DNA of 64,000 bases from Eledone cirrhosa. Taxonomy: Eukaryota. The notes under the pieces are model-generated. The model had not been told where the DNA came from and did not search any database. It worked only from the letters and a program-made list of their open reading frames with translations. Below are positions 1 to 15,179 of the stretch, in pieces. The position numbers were made by a program, and so were the translations under genes. Location of the stretch: NCBI GenBank assembly GCA_964016885.1, contig OZ024740.1, positions 367,226,001 to 367,290,000 of the forward strand. The letters run 5' to 3'. How positions within the stretch are numbered: position 1 is the stretch's first letter; each line of letters starts with the position of its first letter.

Positions 1-17
1 TTAAATTCTGTTATGAT

Positions 18-235
18 TGTGAATTGGCAGAATCAATAAAGGGTTGAACAAAAGGATCTGGTGTTCTACGTATGGTATTTAGTTACGTTCTATGTTCAAA
101 TTCTGCTGAGATCAACTTTGCCTTTCATCTTTCCGGGTTCGATAAAATGAAGCACCAGTTAAGTACTGTGTCAATATGATCGACTTTTCCCTGCCCACAA
201 ACTTGCTAGCCTTTTGCCAATGTTAGAATAAATTA
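18..235 (+). mobile_element. Degenerate tRNA-derived SINE (Deu/Nin-domain-like core)
   Basis: Core CTTTGCCTTTCATCTTTCCGGGTTCGATAAAATGAAGCACCAG matches the copy at 36495-36684 and the reverse copies at 20207-20325 and 59087-59408. The 5' end TGAATTGGCAGAATC is A-box-like. Confidence 0.65.
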
Positions 236-1445
236 CATTAAACACAATTAAGTTCTTTTGAGGAAAAGAAATATAATGAAGTCAGGGAAAAATTAAGAAA
301 TAAATATATCAGGAAACCCTTTGACAGAAAACGTGAAAGAAAACTGTCGTCTCAAAACGCAAGCCTGTCGTTTCAAAACGCAAGCACTTTATAGAAAACT
401 AGACGTCGTTGATGCAGGTAATATTTCCTCTCCATAGCCAACAATGTTTTAGAAAGAGTGTACCTAGGACGACATTATAAATGTCTTCCCTTTTTTCTTG
501 ATAATTATGAGTGATAGGAAGGATATTTGAGTAATATTATTTTATTTTTTTGTAGGTCGTATGAGGGTATAGAATCTCTTCCATTGGTTGAAAGAGAGCG
601 TAAGATGGTATGCAACATTGTGAGAATATAGCATAGCAACAGCTCTGTATTCTTAACGATTAAATCGCTGTTCAACCAGCTGTTAATCAAGGGCTGACAG
701 GAACAGTACAGAAACAACAAACATCACAACAACAACAACAACAAGAGGTAGTTGTATTATTCACTATTAATTCTGAAGCTATTCAATAGGAATGCTGCAC
801 TTAATTTAGTAAAGAAGTTGTAGAATATAGAGAATATATTACACTATAACTGAGTATACTGTCGTTTTTTATATTATTATTAAGCCTCAAGCCAAATCAG
901 ACTGAGCGAACCTGTAATTACAAACCTTTCAAGTGTACCTATATAATCTACTTCCATACACATTGTATCCGAGATTACGTTATACAATATGTCTTGTGTG
1001 GTTTTAATAAAGTTTGCTGGCTATTTTCTGGCAGGTTATTCAACCATGTAGTAGCTAGCTTCTTGTCTCGTAACAGATGCAATCTTTCTTTTAAGGTTTT
1101 GTGTAATATAGTGTGATATCGTCTATTGCAAAATGAATTGAATTGTACGCAATTCTTATATTATTACAGCATTCTTGTGTTATTTATGGCTTGCTTATTA
1201 TTACATGTTATCATTGTCAAACTGCTGGACTTGGCCCAATGTAAGAAATCACTACAATGTTTTATAATATATTACATTGGTCAAACACTATTTTATTGGC
1301 AATAATATTGGAGTCATTTCAGAGTAAATTTGAGGTGCCGATTCCAAACATGGCATCCGTGTGCCAATGTGTGCCAGTGTTTGATATATATATATATATA
1401 TATATAATCGGTATTATATTTAGAGAAGAAGTCTAGGTTGTTAAT

Positions 1446-1505
<60 letters not shown>

Positions 1506-2226
1506 GCATACACACAGATGTATGTTGTATATGTATATATGTACAATTGCTAAATCTATTGCATAATATTTTGTTATAGCATCAACATGTGTGTGTATAT
1601 ATATAATGTGAGAACACAATCACAAACATAATTGTGATACATATATATATGATAAAATTATATCTGTAATCAAGACTGCACTAATATGAATTTAAATATA
1701 CGCATTGATAATATGAAGGCATGTAAACATGCCAGAAAATGTGAAGCTCCCTGCAAATTGAAAAACTACGTCCAAAGATCGATTAAGGGTGTTTATCATT
1801 TTTTTAATTTACAGAAATGTTACTATTTATGTTTATATGCCTATATATGTGTATATGTGTATATCTATATTCACATTGTTGCAGTCTGGGTTACTCACTC
1901 TATGTATACCGATATATTTTATCGTACACTTCAACAGCTAGCACTTTTCTGGTACTTACAATAATAAGCACACAAGAAATACATAAACAAGTTGTATGCA
2001 GACCAATAACATATAAAATTAGTCACTTTATTATTCAAGTATTTACAAATATTGTATAGAGATTTGCTGTAAGTTATCTTTTGCATGGTCGTTCAAGAGA
2101 ATGACATTGAACACTCTATCAGTGAATAGAAAGCACTAGAATTTGATTTGAAGCGATGGTGATATTACATCCATCCAATATTAATCTGGAGTGGTTGGAA
2201 TATTTTGTACTCACTTTCGATTGCTG

Positions 2227-2728
2227 ACATTTAAATAACTGCCGTACTAAGAGTGAGAAATGAAATGTCGTTTCCTTCTATTCCATTTATCGTTTTCGGT
2301 GCTCCCGGCCGACTAAACTCACTCGATATGCAAATTAGGCTGCTCAGCCGTTAATATGCATAAGAAAAGTATATAATTTCAGACGTTCAACCATCTGGCA
2401 AGAAGGTATACGATGCTGACGATAGCTAATAAGCTTGAAACTAGTACATCGTCCCTGTGTCAATGTTGAACAAAAAGGTGACGTGGTTGCCTAAACACTG
2501 CACGGCGTAATTCGGGCAGTTTGTTTGTTTACAAACAAACCGAACATTATAATAAATGTTCGGTAAACCGATACGTGCATATATATATGTGTGCATGTAT
2601 GTATATATATATACATACTACTGTACGTCTGTATACATATATGTATGTACGTATACATACATACATACTTACATTTAAGTAACTGCCGTACTAAGAGTCA
2701 GAAATGAAATTTCGTTTCATTCTATTCC

Positions 2729-2733
<5 letters not shown>
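2227..2733 (+). mobile_element. Non-coding HHR-bearing element (retrozyme/PLE pseudo-LTR-like), 444-nt monomer plus ~63-nt terminal direct repeat
   Basis: ACATTTAARTAACTGCCGTACTAAGAGT...TCTATTCCATTTAT occurs at 2227 and again at 2671. It contains an HHR at 2410-2452, ends in (TA)n, and has a second copy at 7617-8110. Confidence 0.8.
2410..2452 (+). ncRNA. Minimal type I hammerhead ribozyme
   Basis: Stem I ACGATG/CATCGT; core CTGACGA (2416-2422); stem II AGCT-AATA-AGCT; GAAA (2437-2440); palindromic stem III ACTAGT; cleavage triplet GUA. Confidence 0.85.
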
Positions 2734-2780
<47 letters not shown>

Positions 2781-3924
2781 AAAATGTGGCAGCCTCAGAC
2801 GTAGAAAACAATCCTATAAGGATTCAATTGCTATATGATATAGAATAGAAAACCGGGTAAAGTAAGTCTATGGTTAGAAAAATTAGTTCAGCGTTCTCCA
2901 CGAAGAATTGAACTGAGAATCTCGTATATTCCGGTTGAGTGCTGTTACCAAGCTAAGGTACCTATTAGAGCAAGTTCCGACTAAATTAGAGAGCTAAGTC
3001 TGATAATGTTTGAATATAGACAACCTTTTATGAAAAGTATCGAACTATAGAAATGCTGAATAGTAATAACATTCATAAAAATGCAAGGGTTTCAGCTGCA
3101 GTTGGAGAAATACGGAGTTCGAACTTCCTATGGATTTTTTGTAGCAGTCACTGAACACATAGAGGATTGTTACCCTATTCTATAAGCTATTATTTATAGC
3201 AACGGGTGTTGTTACAGTTATTTCCTGCGTCTGAGACCTCTGCATTTCCTAAGAATTCCATAACTACACACACACACACACACACAAACACACACATACA
3301 CACACACACACACACAAACACACAAACACACACACATACACATATATATATATGTATAGTATAACATTTTTACTGAAAAGCAGCTAAGACGAACAGACAA
3401 TGCATATCTAACTCATCAGCCACCTTCTCGCGTGCATTTTTGTGCATTTACAAATGGCTGCACTTGTAATGCCGATTTGCATAACGATATGGAGAACTGA
3501 TCTGTTGGTAAAGTGTAGGTAAGGCAACATTATACCGGCTACAGCAGGTGTAAGTTCGAGCCCCGCAAGTGATACTGTCCGATTTGTCCCGACCAGGGGC
3601 TCATAGGTCCAACTTGTTAGACTATTTTTTCATAGTAAAAAATTGAAGCTGTTAACTTTTATTTCAAAATTATTATCTCACTCAATGGTTCTAAAATGGG
3701 TGAATAATACATATTAAATGGGTCACCGTCACTTAAATATAGTGGTAGTATAGAACAGGTGTGGTTTCAAATCCCACTGGCGGATGCTGTCCACATTTCT
3801 CTCGCAGAAGCATATATGAGCATTAATTAATTTCTATTTGTAATAAAAAAAACGTGCGCCGATGTTGTTAGCTTTAATTTCAACACATATACTCGTTCAC
3901 TCTTTCTTTCTCTCTATCACACAT

Positions 3925-4090
<166 letters not shown>

Positions 4091-5469
4091 AAACATGAAC
4101 AGAAAATAAAGTATATTGTTTGCTAACTTTACCGTGAAAATAGAATTGATTATTCAATATTTCATTATTTGTGAGCATTAATCAATGGGTAATAATGCTT
4201 AATGATTATTTATTTACCAGAAGACTTCTTACGTAATTACGAAAATTAGATGAATTGGTGAACATAGAATTAAATGATAAAAGAGCAGAAGTTAAGGAAA
4301 CTAGTGATTGTTTGAGTTAATAAATACTAGTAGGAGTTCAAAATGTGACACACAATTTGGGTTCTACGCAGTTGACATGGTCATGCGTGTGTGTGTGTTA
4401 TGATGATACGTGATCAAGCTGCTTATTCACCGGAATATACTGCTCACGAAGTTAACATTTAGGTGGTTGCCCACTCCAGAAACATCTCACGACGAGAATC
4501 AAATTGATATAATGCATTTCATTTTCTGAATTTATTAGGGTAACATGAAATAGTGTGGCATGCACCAGGATTGGAAGTGCCACCGAGAACCTGACGCCCG
4601 ACAATGTGATCGTGAAAAGAACAGTATAATCATTAAGTCATGCACATTCGCAAGTGGTTGTTTCCTTATAAACACACACTCACACATCCATACACTCAAA
4701 TTTATAAAGAATATATATAAAAATTGAAAGCAGGAAGAATTTTAGAACTCATAATGCATGTTTATGTATTTCCACTGTCATTTCACCTTTACATATGTAC
4801 ATACAATACAATATTTAGAACGTAATAACGTCAGGTCCTCCAAACGCACATCATATTCTGAGCAAAACCAAGGTGCTTTTCAGTTTTGTCGAGTTTCGAT
4901 GTTATAAGCATATACACCTCAATCGGATCGAAAAAGAAAAGCAGTTGCATCATGAAAACTCGTTCACCGTAGTTGATCCAATGTTTCCTGGAAAAGGAAG
5001 GTATTTCACTTTGTCTCTTGGCTCCCTACTTTTCAGACACAGTTTATTAAATAATCCGCTGTGATTAGTCCGCTATCTACATACTTAAAATTTTTCTAAA
5101 AACAGGGGCTTGGTGCCCAGCGGCTCTTAGGGTTAATGGGTAACGCAGTGGCCTGGTATTCGAGAAATGTACTCGTTATTTCCTTGCATTTTAAGTAAAT
5201 CCAATATTTTATACATGCATATATATTCATTTATACACACACACACACACACAGATATCCCCCAACCCACATGCAGACATGCATACACACACCCTTGCGC
5301 GCGTACACACACAAAAACGCACATATATATTTATATATATATACATGTATTCATATATATATATGTGTGTGTGAATATACTGTTCGTATGTTGTGAACCC
5401 GATATCAGCACATGAATTATGATAGCACAACCTCGGCTTCCTCAGTGAAATATGCATAACGGAGTTTTA

Positions 5470-5509
<40 letters not shown>

Positions 5510-6345
5510 AATATATAATATATATATATATATATTGTTATACGTGGGGAGGGTCATATAATATTGTCAAATACTAGCAGAACACACTCACTGTTTGGTT
5601 TGGGTTGGTTTTCGCTTCTGTATCTTTTATAGGCACTTTAATACAATACTGGTGACGGTTCTATTGTATTATAACAGGCACAGTCGCTGATCAGCAGTAC
5701 ATGCTTTATAAAGTAAACATGGAATCAGAATAATCCTTTAATTTAAGTGACTTAATGCATTTGATTAAATATTCTGTAGTAAGAAACCGCCTTTATAAAA
5801 GCCACTCAACTGAACAACCGAATTCCAGTTGAGGAACCACGAGAAAAGTTACAAAGTGAAAAATCCATTGCAACATGCAAACGGCTCACGAATTATAATT
5901 AATGCAATCATTCCACAACTAAGTGTTGGAAGAGTTTCCTCAAATATTGATTATGCGAAAAGTACAGACAATGGAAGCACTGAAAAGGAATGTAATTGAT
6001 TTAAGTAAGAAATTTATTGTGAAAATTGCGTGATAAAAATCCAACTATGCCTCACTTAGCACCAGTTGTGTTTAAATCTAGGTTGATTCTCAGGGAGCAG
6101 AAACCACGATAAAAGGCGTCGGAGACAGGAAAATGTTATCTTATTTACAGGCATAGAGTATCAAAACATACATTCTTATAGATATATTACATATTTTGGA
6201 CACTGACTATGCATGATTTAAAAGATTTTTGGCCTCTGTTTTCTGCATTGTCACACAGACATATTTGTATATATATATATATATATGTCCATGAATATGT
6301 TATTTCTGTTTACCTTTTACATGCATTTATATATATATATATATA

Positions 6346-6428
<83 letters not shown>

Positions 6429-6824
6429 ATATATATATATATATATATATAAATCCAAAATTAAGATAAATCAAAGTGAATTTAATCTAAATCAAAATTA
6501 TGGGTGTCATACCAGAAAGGCATGCGCCATATCACCCGTAAAATAAGCTCCGAGAATTTTATAGGTCCGAGCATTTTATAACAACTAGAAATTGATTAAC
6601 ATATAAGTAAACATATGAAACAACCACAGGGGATAATTTTTACAAGTGTGTAAGCACACATAGCTTGGTAGGTAACTAAATAAAGTTAACTATAACTTCA
6701 AAAATAGATACCTTATAATATGATTAATCTTCCCTGTATATATTCCAGTAAAGAAATATATTTCACCAATTAATCGAATGGTAAACCACGGAGGCCGATA
6801 CTTGGATTTTCAACAATTTCCTCC

Positions 6825-6916
<92 letters not shown>

Positions 6917-6956
6917 GGAGGAAATTGTAGTTTACTTGAAGCATTGCGTAATAAGG

Positions 6957-7356
6957 TATAAACGTTTGGAGTTGGAAGGCCAAGACAATACAGGTATGGA
7001 TATAGAATATAAATGTAAATGCAAAATATATTGTTGACAATTAATCTTTTACCTTAAATTTATTTAAATATCCTTAATTTTAGAGATAATATCTCTTCTT
7101 CGGAGGGAAGTAAAGGGGTTAATCCAGTAATCTAATTAGCTTGCCAAGTCATGTTGGACATAACATAAGTTGGCAAGCTAATTAGAACAATGGATTAACT
7201 CCTTTACTTCCCTCGGAAGAAGAGATATTATCTCGAAAATTAACGAGATCTAAATAAATTTAAGGTAAAAGATTAATTGTCAACAATATATTTTGCATTT
7301 ACATTTATATTCTATATGCATACCTGCATTGTTTTGGCCTTCCAACTCTAAACGTT

Positions 7357-7360
<4 letters not shown>
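6957..7360. repeat. ~400-bp fold-back element in (TA)n with degenerate HHR core in each arm
   Basis: 6957-7150 is the reverse complement of 7168-7360. The right arm reads CGGAAGA-A-GAGAT-ATT-ATCTC-GAAAATTA at 7214-7242. Confidence 0.8.
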
Positions 7361-7418
<58 letters not shown>

Positions 7419-7423
7419 TATAT

Positions 7424-8110
7424 AGAATAGAATGAAACGAAATTTCTTTTCTCACTTTTAGTACGGCACTTACTTAAATGTATGTATATATACGTACATA
7501 CATATATGTATACAGACGTACAGTATTATGTATATATATACATACATGCACACATATATATATGCACGCATCGGTTTACCGAACATTTATTTTAATGCTC
7601 GGTTTGTTTGTTTGTACTACTGTACGTCTGTATACATATATGTATGTACGTATACATACATACTTACATTTAAGTAATTGCCGTACTAAGAGTGAGAAAT
7701 GAAATTTCGTTTCATTCTATTCCATTTATCGTTTTCGGTGTGCCCGGCCGACTGAACTCACTCGATATGCAAATTAGGCTGTTCAGCCGTTAATATGCAT
7801 AGGGAAAGTATATACTTTCAGACGTTCAACCATCTGGCAGGAAGGTATACGATGCTGACGATAGCTAATAAGCTTGAAACTAGTACATCGTTCCTGTGTC
7901 AGTGTTGAACAAAAAGGTGACGTGGTTGCCTAAACACTGTACGGCGTAATTCGGGCTGTTTGTTTGTTTACAAACAAACAAACCGAGCATTATAATAAAT
8001 GTCCGGTAACCCGATACGTGCATATATATATGTGTGCATGTATGTATATATATACATACAACTGTACCTCTGTATACATATATGTATGTACGTATACATA
8101 CATACATACT
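7424..8110 (+). mobile_element. Second copy of the 444-nt HHR element, preceded by an inverted copy of its 3' portion
   Basis: 7424-7615 is the reverse complement of the 2520-2725 region. 7617-8110 is a forward, circularly permuted monomer. Both sides are (TA)n. Confidence 0.85.
7849..7891 (+). ncRNA. Minimal type I hammerhead ribozyme, identical to 2410-2452
   Basis: ACGATG-CTGACGA-T-AGCT-AATA-AGCT-T-GAAA-CTAGTA-CATCGT. Confidence 0.85.
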
Positions 8111-8367
8111 TATATATATATAAGTATATATATATATATATATATTTCGTTTCTGAATTTGTTTAGCAAGATTCTTTATCTGAAATCGTGTGTTGAAACC
8201 GATATTGTTATACTTTGGGAGGGTCATGTTGCCAATAAGAAACACACGCACCAGTTGCTTTCACTTCAATTTATTATATATTTATAAATTTATAAATTTA
8301 CAAATCTACAAACTTATACATTTCTGGTTGGTTGGTTGGTTCCACAACCAGATAGTTGTTTATATAT

Positions 8368-8412
8368 AGTCATAGTCCTTTCGTCACACACTCTGTGACC
8401 TCTTCAGTGACT
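8368..8412 (-). ncRNA. Hammerhead ribozyme (PLE type)
   Basis: Minus strand reads AGTCA-CTGAAGA-G-GTCACA...TGTGAC-GAAA-GGACTA-TGACT. Stem I is AGTCA/TGACT. Confidence 0.75.
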
Positions 8413-9548
8413 GGTATTCCGGGTAGTGGATGATATCAACGCTTGGCTTGGTTTGACACAACAAGGCATTTTCATAGTGATGTTGCGAGTATGCTGTAAT
8501 TCCTATGTTGTAAACACTTGGAGTAATAATAAATCAGGAAAGAAGATTGAAATGGTTTGCTATACAAAAAAGGTTTTTAATCTTATTGCTGACAATTGTT
8601 TCTCTGAACTGGTAGGTCTAGAGATTGCTATTCGCTTGTTTTCACGTTACTCGATCGCCAATACAAAATTATAACCAGTCAGTTCTTCGGAGCATGCGAG
8701 AATGAAGAGGATATACAGGCATGAAAGGAATATACAGGCTACTACATGAAGTAGTAATGGCATTCAGTTAGAACAATAACGACAATTACAACAATGCTAG
8801 TAATAAATTATTTGAGGAGACCCTGACATTATAGTAGGTGTGTGTGTGTGTGGGGGGGGGGGGTATAGTGCATCTAAGATTTTGGCGTGTAAAACTAGCT
8901 GACATGAAGCAGAAGTATAAGGTTGACATGTAAGGAGTGTCGTAGGGTGTATTATATCAATTTTAAAGATAAGCCGGTGTTTATCAACAATATAGGTCAG
9001 GTGGCCGTAATATTCATTATTTGTCTGACCGACGAAGCATTTATCATTGAGTAGAATTTGTGTGGTCTACATTAGATGAGAATACAGTCTTTCTTTTCAT
9101 CTTCTATAACATACATGTATGGGACAACACTGTCAAAGCTAAATAATGGGCAAGTTAATACAGAGGTTAAGGAGGTAATATATATATATATATATACATA
9201 TATACACACACATATATATATACACACGCACGTGTACATAGACATATACATACACATCAATATACTCGTACAAATACATACATGCAAAGAAATAAACATG
9301 CTGACTGTAATTATGGCAAAAGGAAGGTAAAGTTACATTGTAGTAGTGATTTGAGAAATTCTTGGATTTAGGATCAAGTGATGGCAGCAGCTGAGAAGGA
9401 ATAAGTTTATGGGTTGATGAGGTACTTGCATACATTTGTGTGGTATAGAACTGTGAAGGCTAGAGTGTACTTAATGAGTATAATATCTGTGCTGATTTAT
9501 GCAGGGTAGTGGGTATCCTAGTTTAAAGCTATGTTATGTTGGTTCGAG

Positions 9549-9884
9549 TCACGGAGGTTTGAATCTTATGAATTTAGTGGCAATTCTATGTCTGCAGAAG
9601 ATAGATCTTTCTAACCTATTGTTAAGTAGCCTTTTTACATTTTTGAGGATATAAATTAGTTCTAGATCACATAGCCCGCAGTGGGACATACCTGTACTAT
9701 AGCTTTTAGCAGCCGACAACTTCGACCAGTTAATACTGTAGTTAGTGTTGTTGTCCTTCAGTTCCCATATTTTTTTGGCGAGGGTTGTGGAACCCATTAC
9801 GGCCACCTGACCTACATTGTTGATAAACACCGGCTTATCTTTAAAATTGATATAATACACCCTAAGACACTCCTTACATATCAA
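9549..9884 (-). pseudogene. Penelope-like GIY-YIG endonuclease C-terminal remnant
   Basis: LAKKIWELKDNNTNYSINWSKL...CGLCDLE...LLNNRLE...CRH matches the PLE endonuclease C-terminal pattern (IWxLK...CxLC..E...LLN.R.E...CRH). Confidence 0.75.
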
Positions 9885-10430
9885 CCTTATACTTCTGCTT
9901 CATGTCAGCTAGTTTTACACACCGAAATCTTAGATACACTATACCCCCCCCACCTAATGTAATGTCAGGGTCTCCTCAAATAATTTATTACTAGCGTTGT
10001 TGTAATTCTTGTTATTGTTCTAACTGAATGCCATTACTACTTCATATAGTAGCCTGTATATTCCTTTCATGCCTGTATATCCTCTTCATTCTCGCATGCT
10101 CCGAAGAACTGACTGGTTATAATTTTGTATTGGCGATCGAGTAACGTGAAAACAAGCGAATAGCAATCTCTAGACCTACCAGTTCAGAGAAACAATTGTC
10201 AGCAATGAGATTAAAAACCTTTTTTGTATAGCAAACCATGTCAATCTTCTTTCCTGATTTATTATTACTCCAAGTGTTTACAACATAGGAATTACAGCAT
10301 ACTCGCAACATCACTATGAAAATGCCTTGTTGAGTCAAACCAAGCCAAGCGTTGATATCATCCACTACCCGGAATACCATAACTGGACTACACCTAAGTG
10401 GACTCCATATAACTATTATTTGTTACCCCG

Positions 10431-10500
<70 letters not shown>

Positions 10501-10516
10501 TATTCATACATAAACA

Positions 10517-11312
<796 letters not shown>

Positions 11313-11341
11313 CATATATATATATACATATATATATATAC

Positions 11342-12483
11342 ATACTTAGAAGTCCAGATATATGAACAGTCCAAATCAAAATACGGATTGAACTTCCACA
11401 AATATTTATCAGAGAATTGGAAACGCTACTTGGATGATTGCCTCATTCTTTGGTCCCACACACTCGACCAACTGAAGGATTTCAAAGACTTAATAAACGG
11501 CATCAATAACCACATCCAATTCACAATGGAATACAGCCAAGATCAACTCCCATTTCTGGACATCTTAATCACAAAAAAAAGACACAAATATCGAAACTGA
11601 CATACACTACAAACCAACAGATTCCAAACAATATCTGCTATTCACCTCCAACCATCCAAAGCACACGAAGACGAACATTCCTTTTAACCTAGCAAGAAGA
11701 ATTTGCACAATTGTCTCCAATTATGAAACGCGAAATAAAAGACTTCAAGAATTAAAGGAAATTCTACTTGAGAGAGAGTACCCACTATTACTAATAAATA
11801 ATGGAATAGAAAGGGCTAAAGCAATAGGCATTGATGAATTACGGAAACAGAAACAAATTTAAGGTACGTCCAATATTCTATCATATATCTCAACACACAA
11901 CCCAAGAAATGCGGAAGCTTACAACACTATTCACAATAACATCCCACTACTAAAACAAAACCCAAGAATGAAAAAAGCCCTTGAAACACACAAAATAATC
12001 AAAAGCAAAAGACAACCAAAATCACTGAAAACATTACTCACCAATGCCAAATTACCTACCACAAACCCACAACCAAGTATCAAAAAATGTGGTCGCTCTA
12101 ATTGTGGAACCTGCACTCACCTCATTGAAGGCAACACGTATACATTTAAATCAGGACAAAATTTTACTGTAAAAAATCACTTCACTTGCTCATCAAAAAA
12201 TCTAATTTATGCCATTAAATGTAAAGGATGCAATGAAGATTATATAGGACAAACTAAACTCACACTCAGAAACAGAATGACAGTTCATCGCCAACAATTA
12301 CGAGATCCAACCACGAGACAGATACCACTAAGTGCATATCTAGACATTTGCGCAAGTAATAAGACACCCAAATTCCAAGTCTTCCCATTTTACCGTTGCG
12401 CTAACAATACAACAGAACAAATGCGAATAAATAAAGAAAATATGTTTATTCAAAAATATAGACCAACATTAAATAAGGTTTAA
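11342..12483 (+). pseudogene. 5'-truncated Penelope-like (Neptune-type) RT-GIY-YIG ORF with frameshift and stop
   Basis: [20 protein letters not shown], then YKPTDSKQYL...SNHP...IPFNLARR in a shifted frame. Cys linker CGRSNCGTC, followed by NLIYAIKCKGC...YIGQT...RMTVH. Confidence 0.92.
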
Positions 12484-12967
12484 TATACATTATGTCAACA
12501 CCACAATATGACATACACACACACACATAACACCTTCTACATTAGAAAATAAAAACCCGAACTAAATAAACCTTAAACATACGTTTGCACTGGCAATACA
12601 ACAGCAAACACGAAAAAGTCAGGAAAATATGTTCATTCAAAAATATTCCTACTAAAGGAATCATTTTCCTACACACACACATACACACACAATATATATA
12701 TATATATATTCTCTTCATCTTAACATGCTAACCATACTCCCACACACATAACACCCATACACACACATAACAACCCCCACACCTACAACACACTCCCCAT
12801 TTCTACTAATAGAACCACTTTCCTACACACATATATATATACACACACACAAAATATATATTCTCTCTATCTAACATACTCGCACACACACACATAACAC
12901 CCATATACACACACACACAACTCCCTCCTCCATCTCTACTAATAGAATCATCTTCCAATACACACAT

Positions 12968-13000
<33 letters not shown>

Positions 13001-13690
13001 AGCACACAAATAAACACATATCTTCAGTCTCAATAGAAAATCTGAACTCTGACACCTGAACTCTGACAGCTGGCCATATTCACTGAACCAGAACATTTCT
13101 CCCAATCCCTTTTCCCTTGACCACTATCTCTCCATTGTCATAACATTCACTATAAAGACTACAGAATAGTTTTCCAAATAAGGGCGCAAAAATGTAATGA
13201 AAACTTGTTCACGTGACAGCCAAATTTCATTTATAACCAACCAAAAAAAAGCCTTCGTGAGCCTCATTTTTTCAAGTAAAAAGAAATTCAAACACTCATA
13301 TATGAAAAAACAACCTGTGACAACCCCCCCCCCTCTCTTATTTGAAGAACTATTGTAACGCGAACTGGCGCGAAATTTATTATAATTATTGACAAACCAA
13401 ACAAATTACTTCTCGAAAAACCTGGTTTTCGAGCCACTTTTTCCATATAAAACAAGTAACATTTAGAGACCAACCAGATGTGAGAAAAACCACAGACACT
13501 CCATCTCAACTCACCTTTTGAAAAGCAGAAGAACTGTGAAACCGGTAAAGGAACCAAATAAATATATATATTTTAAAAAAAAATAAGACTTCAGTTGCAT
13601 TTTCAATTTCATCTCTTTTTCTTTATACTTCCACTCGTGTAGGACACCTCGGTTATTTTTCATTTTGTAAAAAAAACCTCACTTTCTAGT
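11342..13690 (+). mobile_element. Penelope-like retroelement (ORF remnant plus CA-rich 3' region) between (TA)n tracts
   Basis: Includes the ORF above. ~150-bp CA-rich tandem units lie at 12660-12960. (TA)n at 11204-11341 and from 13690. Confidence 0.7.
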
Positions 13691-13859
13691 ATATATATAT
13701 ATATATAGTTATATATATACATAAACATATATATATATATATATATATATATAAGGAGATTTAGATTGATATAGTGCTAAATGCATAGAAGCCTTTGAAA
13801 CCCTTCCGGCGTTGTTGCCTGTATCTAAACCTATATCTAAACACGGGCTTATACAGACT

Positions 13860-14200
13860 ATTTCATAAATTAAACGGAGGCTGCAGCTACATCAAGAAAG
13901 GCCCCAAACCCAACACTACGCGCCAAATAGTAAAGTGCGTGCGGAAGTGGATATCGAGCCTGTCTCTAATAGAAAAAGAATATTCGACGCAGCTGTCACC
14001 TAGTACAACCACGCATTAAAAACAAGTGTTTTTAGTGAGAAGCTAACTTATATTCCGCTCATCCGCATCAAGAGTACACAAGAGCCATGAAGATAATCTC
14101 TCATGCCTGTCTAGATAACACTGACATAAAGCAGAAGTACAGGGAAAAATCTATATTGAACTAACCGAAAATACATTTAAATTCTGCTTTTCTCACATCA
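13860..14200 (+). pseudogene. Highly decayed Penelope-like RT-thumb and GIY-YIG fragments
   Basis: Hand translation across frameshifts gives ISSLS.NRK.IFDAAVT*YNHALKTSVFSEKLTY and KIYIELTENTFK, resembling PLE motifs. Confidence 0.55.
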
Positions 14201-14203
14201 TGG

Positions 14204-14715
14204 CCCATTCAAGTATAGAGTTATTGTTTACGGATTCATATCCAGGTTTAGGCGGTTTATTCGTGATATTTGGAGAAACGTTTCCAAAAACGTTTTGAAT
14301 TTTATAGGATCTGTTTCTGTTTTAATGTATTTTGGTGTAATGTTATTGAGAGCGGGACCAGTTGAAGAGTAATAGTTGTGCCTTATTGTTGTTATGAGTT
14401 GCGAGTTTGATTTTTATTGTGGGCGGATAGACGGAGCCCAAGCCATTGGTGTAATTTAAAGATGATGCCAACATGATTTGGGCAATGCTGATGGAATATT
14501 TTCAACATCATACAGATACTGTAGCACTCAAGTAATGCCGTATAACTTTTTTTCTGATTTACGTGTGAAGTGCTTAAATTTTCATAATATTTTGTTTCGT
14601 GTGGGGAGATCATAGTGAACAACAGTATTCAAGATGGGGTGGAGCAAGGGTAGAGAAGAGAAGGATAATGTTGTGGATATTTCTCGCCTGGAAATGTTGA
14701 GAATACAGGATCACA
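14204..14715 (-). mobile_element. Decayed CR1/L2-group LINE 3' fragment
   Basis: Minus-strand translation fragments IILLFSTLAPPHLEYCCSL, SPHETK, GP, KPPKPGYESVNNNSILEW are typical of the CR1-group ORF2 C-terminus. Confidence 0.6.
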
Positions 14716-14923
14716 TATATATATTTGATATAGTGCATGTATGTGTTTGAATCCCAGGACTGGTGAAAAACAATAACTTTACATCTCAAGGTTTTATATA
14801 CATAAAATATTTTTCATTCATAGTTAAACAACGCGTTGATGATTCAAACTTCCAAATTCACTCTCACACACACACACCCACACACGCCCCCCCCCCCCCC
14901 CACACACGCACATCCACACTCAC

Positions 14924-15013
<90 letters not shown>

Positions 15014-15179
15014 AGTAACTTGAAAATGATAAAATTGCAGTTAGAGGATCAAAATGTATTATACAATTGACACGTTGATGCAGGTTGATTCACTTTTCGA
15101 TTTCCCCCAACGAAATCTGATCACTACTATATTCTCTCTCTCTCTCTCACACACACACACATATATATACATATATATA

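Larger units (their letters stand above)
8146..10430 (-). mobile_element. Rearranged Penelope-like element with ~590-bp inverted repeats
   Basis: 8413-9011 is the reverse complement of 9797-10378, giving near-identical spurious ORFs at 8426+ and 10117-. It has a GIY-YIG remnant and an HHR on the minus strand, with (TA)n at both ends. Confidence 0.75.

Noticed and set aside
313-417. Possible exon (AG...GT) containing a 21-bp tandem duplication
   Set aside because: The acceptor is poor and the peptide is not recognisable. It cannot be supported without transcript data.
4884-4999. Possible host exon TTTTCAG...AAG|GTATTT with an open frame
   Set aside because: The splice signals are plausible, but there is no homology or partner exon, so it is left uncalled.
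8426-10380. Two near-identical ~85-aa ORFs on opposite strands suggesting a duplicated gene
   Set aside because: They are a by-product of the inverted repeat, have no recognisable domain and lack ATG starts.
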